This document shows, one piece after another, positions 63,105 through 64,000 of a stretch of 64,000 nt of DNA (position 1 is the first letter of the stretch; every line of letters starts with the position of its first letter). The notes beneath the pieces were generated by a model. That model saw nothing but the letters and a program-made list of their open reading frames with translations. It was not told the DNA's origin and made no database searches. This stretch comes from Takakia lepidozioides. Lineage: Eukaryota > Plantae > Bryophyta. The translations under genes and the position numbers were made by a program. The DNA lies in assembly GCA_030704615.1 (NCBI GenBank), contig CM060731.1:43276001-43340000 (forward strand), given 5' to 3'.

Positions 63105-63665
63105 ATGAGAGATTCTGGGTTGCACTGCGATTTGAAGCGGGTTGGGGGAGAGAGGAGGGAGATGAAAGGGGGTGGGACAGTAGGAGGAATGAGGGGAAAA
63201 GTGCAGTGGTGGAGGCGGGGTTGCACTTTGCGAGCATGTGCAGCAGCAGGGGTTGCAGGGGCATATGTTCTTGGACATAACCTTAAATTTTATGGGGAAG
63301 GACTATCCGCTCTATCAGATATACTCTTGCAGTCTTCGTACTTCCATTTACTTCTCTCAGGCCCCTGGACAGAGTACAGAAAGCTGCAAATCGAACTGCA
63401 GATTGGTGACCCTTCTGTGAGCGCGGAGGGGCTGGAGATTGCCTTCTCCTACATGTATGGTATGAGCCCAGTTTTCACTGGAGATAATGTGATGGCAGCA
63501 CTGGTCGCAGGGTGTTTTTGTTGGATGGAGTTTTGTGACAAGTGTGTGCGGTGCATTGTAGCCAACTTGAGGGTGGACACTTTTGTTGCTTACCAGCAGC
63601 TGTCCGAGCGGCATCGCTATGGCTGGTTTGCCGACCTGGGGTGGTGGTGGTGGTGGTGGTGGTGA
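63105..63665 (+). CDS. BTB/POZ-domain protein (germ-cell-less-like BTB), possibly a pseudogene or an exon
   Basis: LLQSSYFHLLLSGPWTE...LQIGDPSVSAEGLEIAFSYMYG...NVMAALVAGCF. The frame runs into a (GGT)n tract. Confidence 0.7.
   Translation: MRDSGLHCDLKRVGGERREMKGGGTVGGMRGKVQWWRRGCTLRACAAAGVAGAYVLGHNLKFYGEGLSALSDILLQSSYFHLLLSGPWTEYRKLQIELQIGDPSVSAEGLEIAFSYMYGMSPVFTGDNVMAALVAGCFCWMEFCDKCVRCIVANLRVDTFVAYQQLSERHRYGWFADLGWWWWWWW
63640..63663. repeat. (GGT)8 microsatellite
   Basis: Direct reading. Confidence 0.9.
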
Positions 63666-64000
63666 GGATTGGATTTGACGCCCACCAGTTCGCAAGCATG
63701 GGGTCTGGGACACAAGGAACATGCACTCATTTTGGCACAAAGATTGTCAGGCAGCACTTTTAATGAGGGAATTCTATGATCATACTCTGAAGTGTGAGAG
63801 AAGTCAAGAATTTCTGAGGTGATGATGATCTGAGACATCAAGAATTGTAGCTACAGCAACCAGTCAACGAATTTGCAGATTACTTCATTACCTACACAGG
63901 CAATGGTTTGTCTCTCCCTCTTAGTCATCATGGTTGCCACCTGTGAGAGAGATGATTAGTCACAACCCTTGTTACTTCCAGCTAGTGAAGCTGGTTTGGC

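Overview
Eukaryotic, repeat-dense land-plant DNA. PLS-class PPR remnants, CACTA elements and Ty3/gypsy elements are present; a non-seed plant is plausible but this is inference only. The window is almost entirely nested transposons, plus two PPR pseudogenes and a BTB/POZ gene at the right edge. The main signal is a family of large Mutator-like (MULE) DNA transposons, seen as four related segments: A1 14151-20937, A2 20938-29295, B 32128-39423 and C 46823-~61880. They share termini of the form GG(A/G)GG-TT(T)(A/G)CTATT(T/C)CATGAGC followed by ATGAGC/GTGAGC repeats, and B has a near-perfect 9-bp target-site duplication. The transposase has a GCM/WRKY-like zinc domain, a DDE core with CxxH, and a SWIM finger. 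A multi-exon cargo gene in A1 joins a ParB/Srx-like domain (DGNHRLLAW) to a beta-class N4C/N6A DNA-methyltransferase fold. The methyltransferase half recurs in C, transcribed divergently from the transposase, and both copies have a non-canonical DIPD catalytic loop. Upstream of these genes each segment has a kilobase-scale array of its own 26-40 bp palindrome, mostly with a CGGCGCCG-type core, and in A2, B and C the palindrome also occurs near the element ends. All copies look frameshifted or rearranged. Domain calls come from motif recognition by eye, not database searches.
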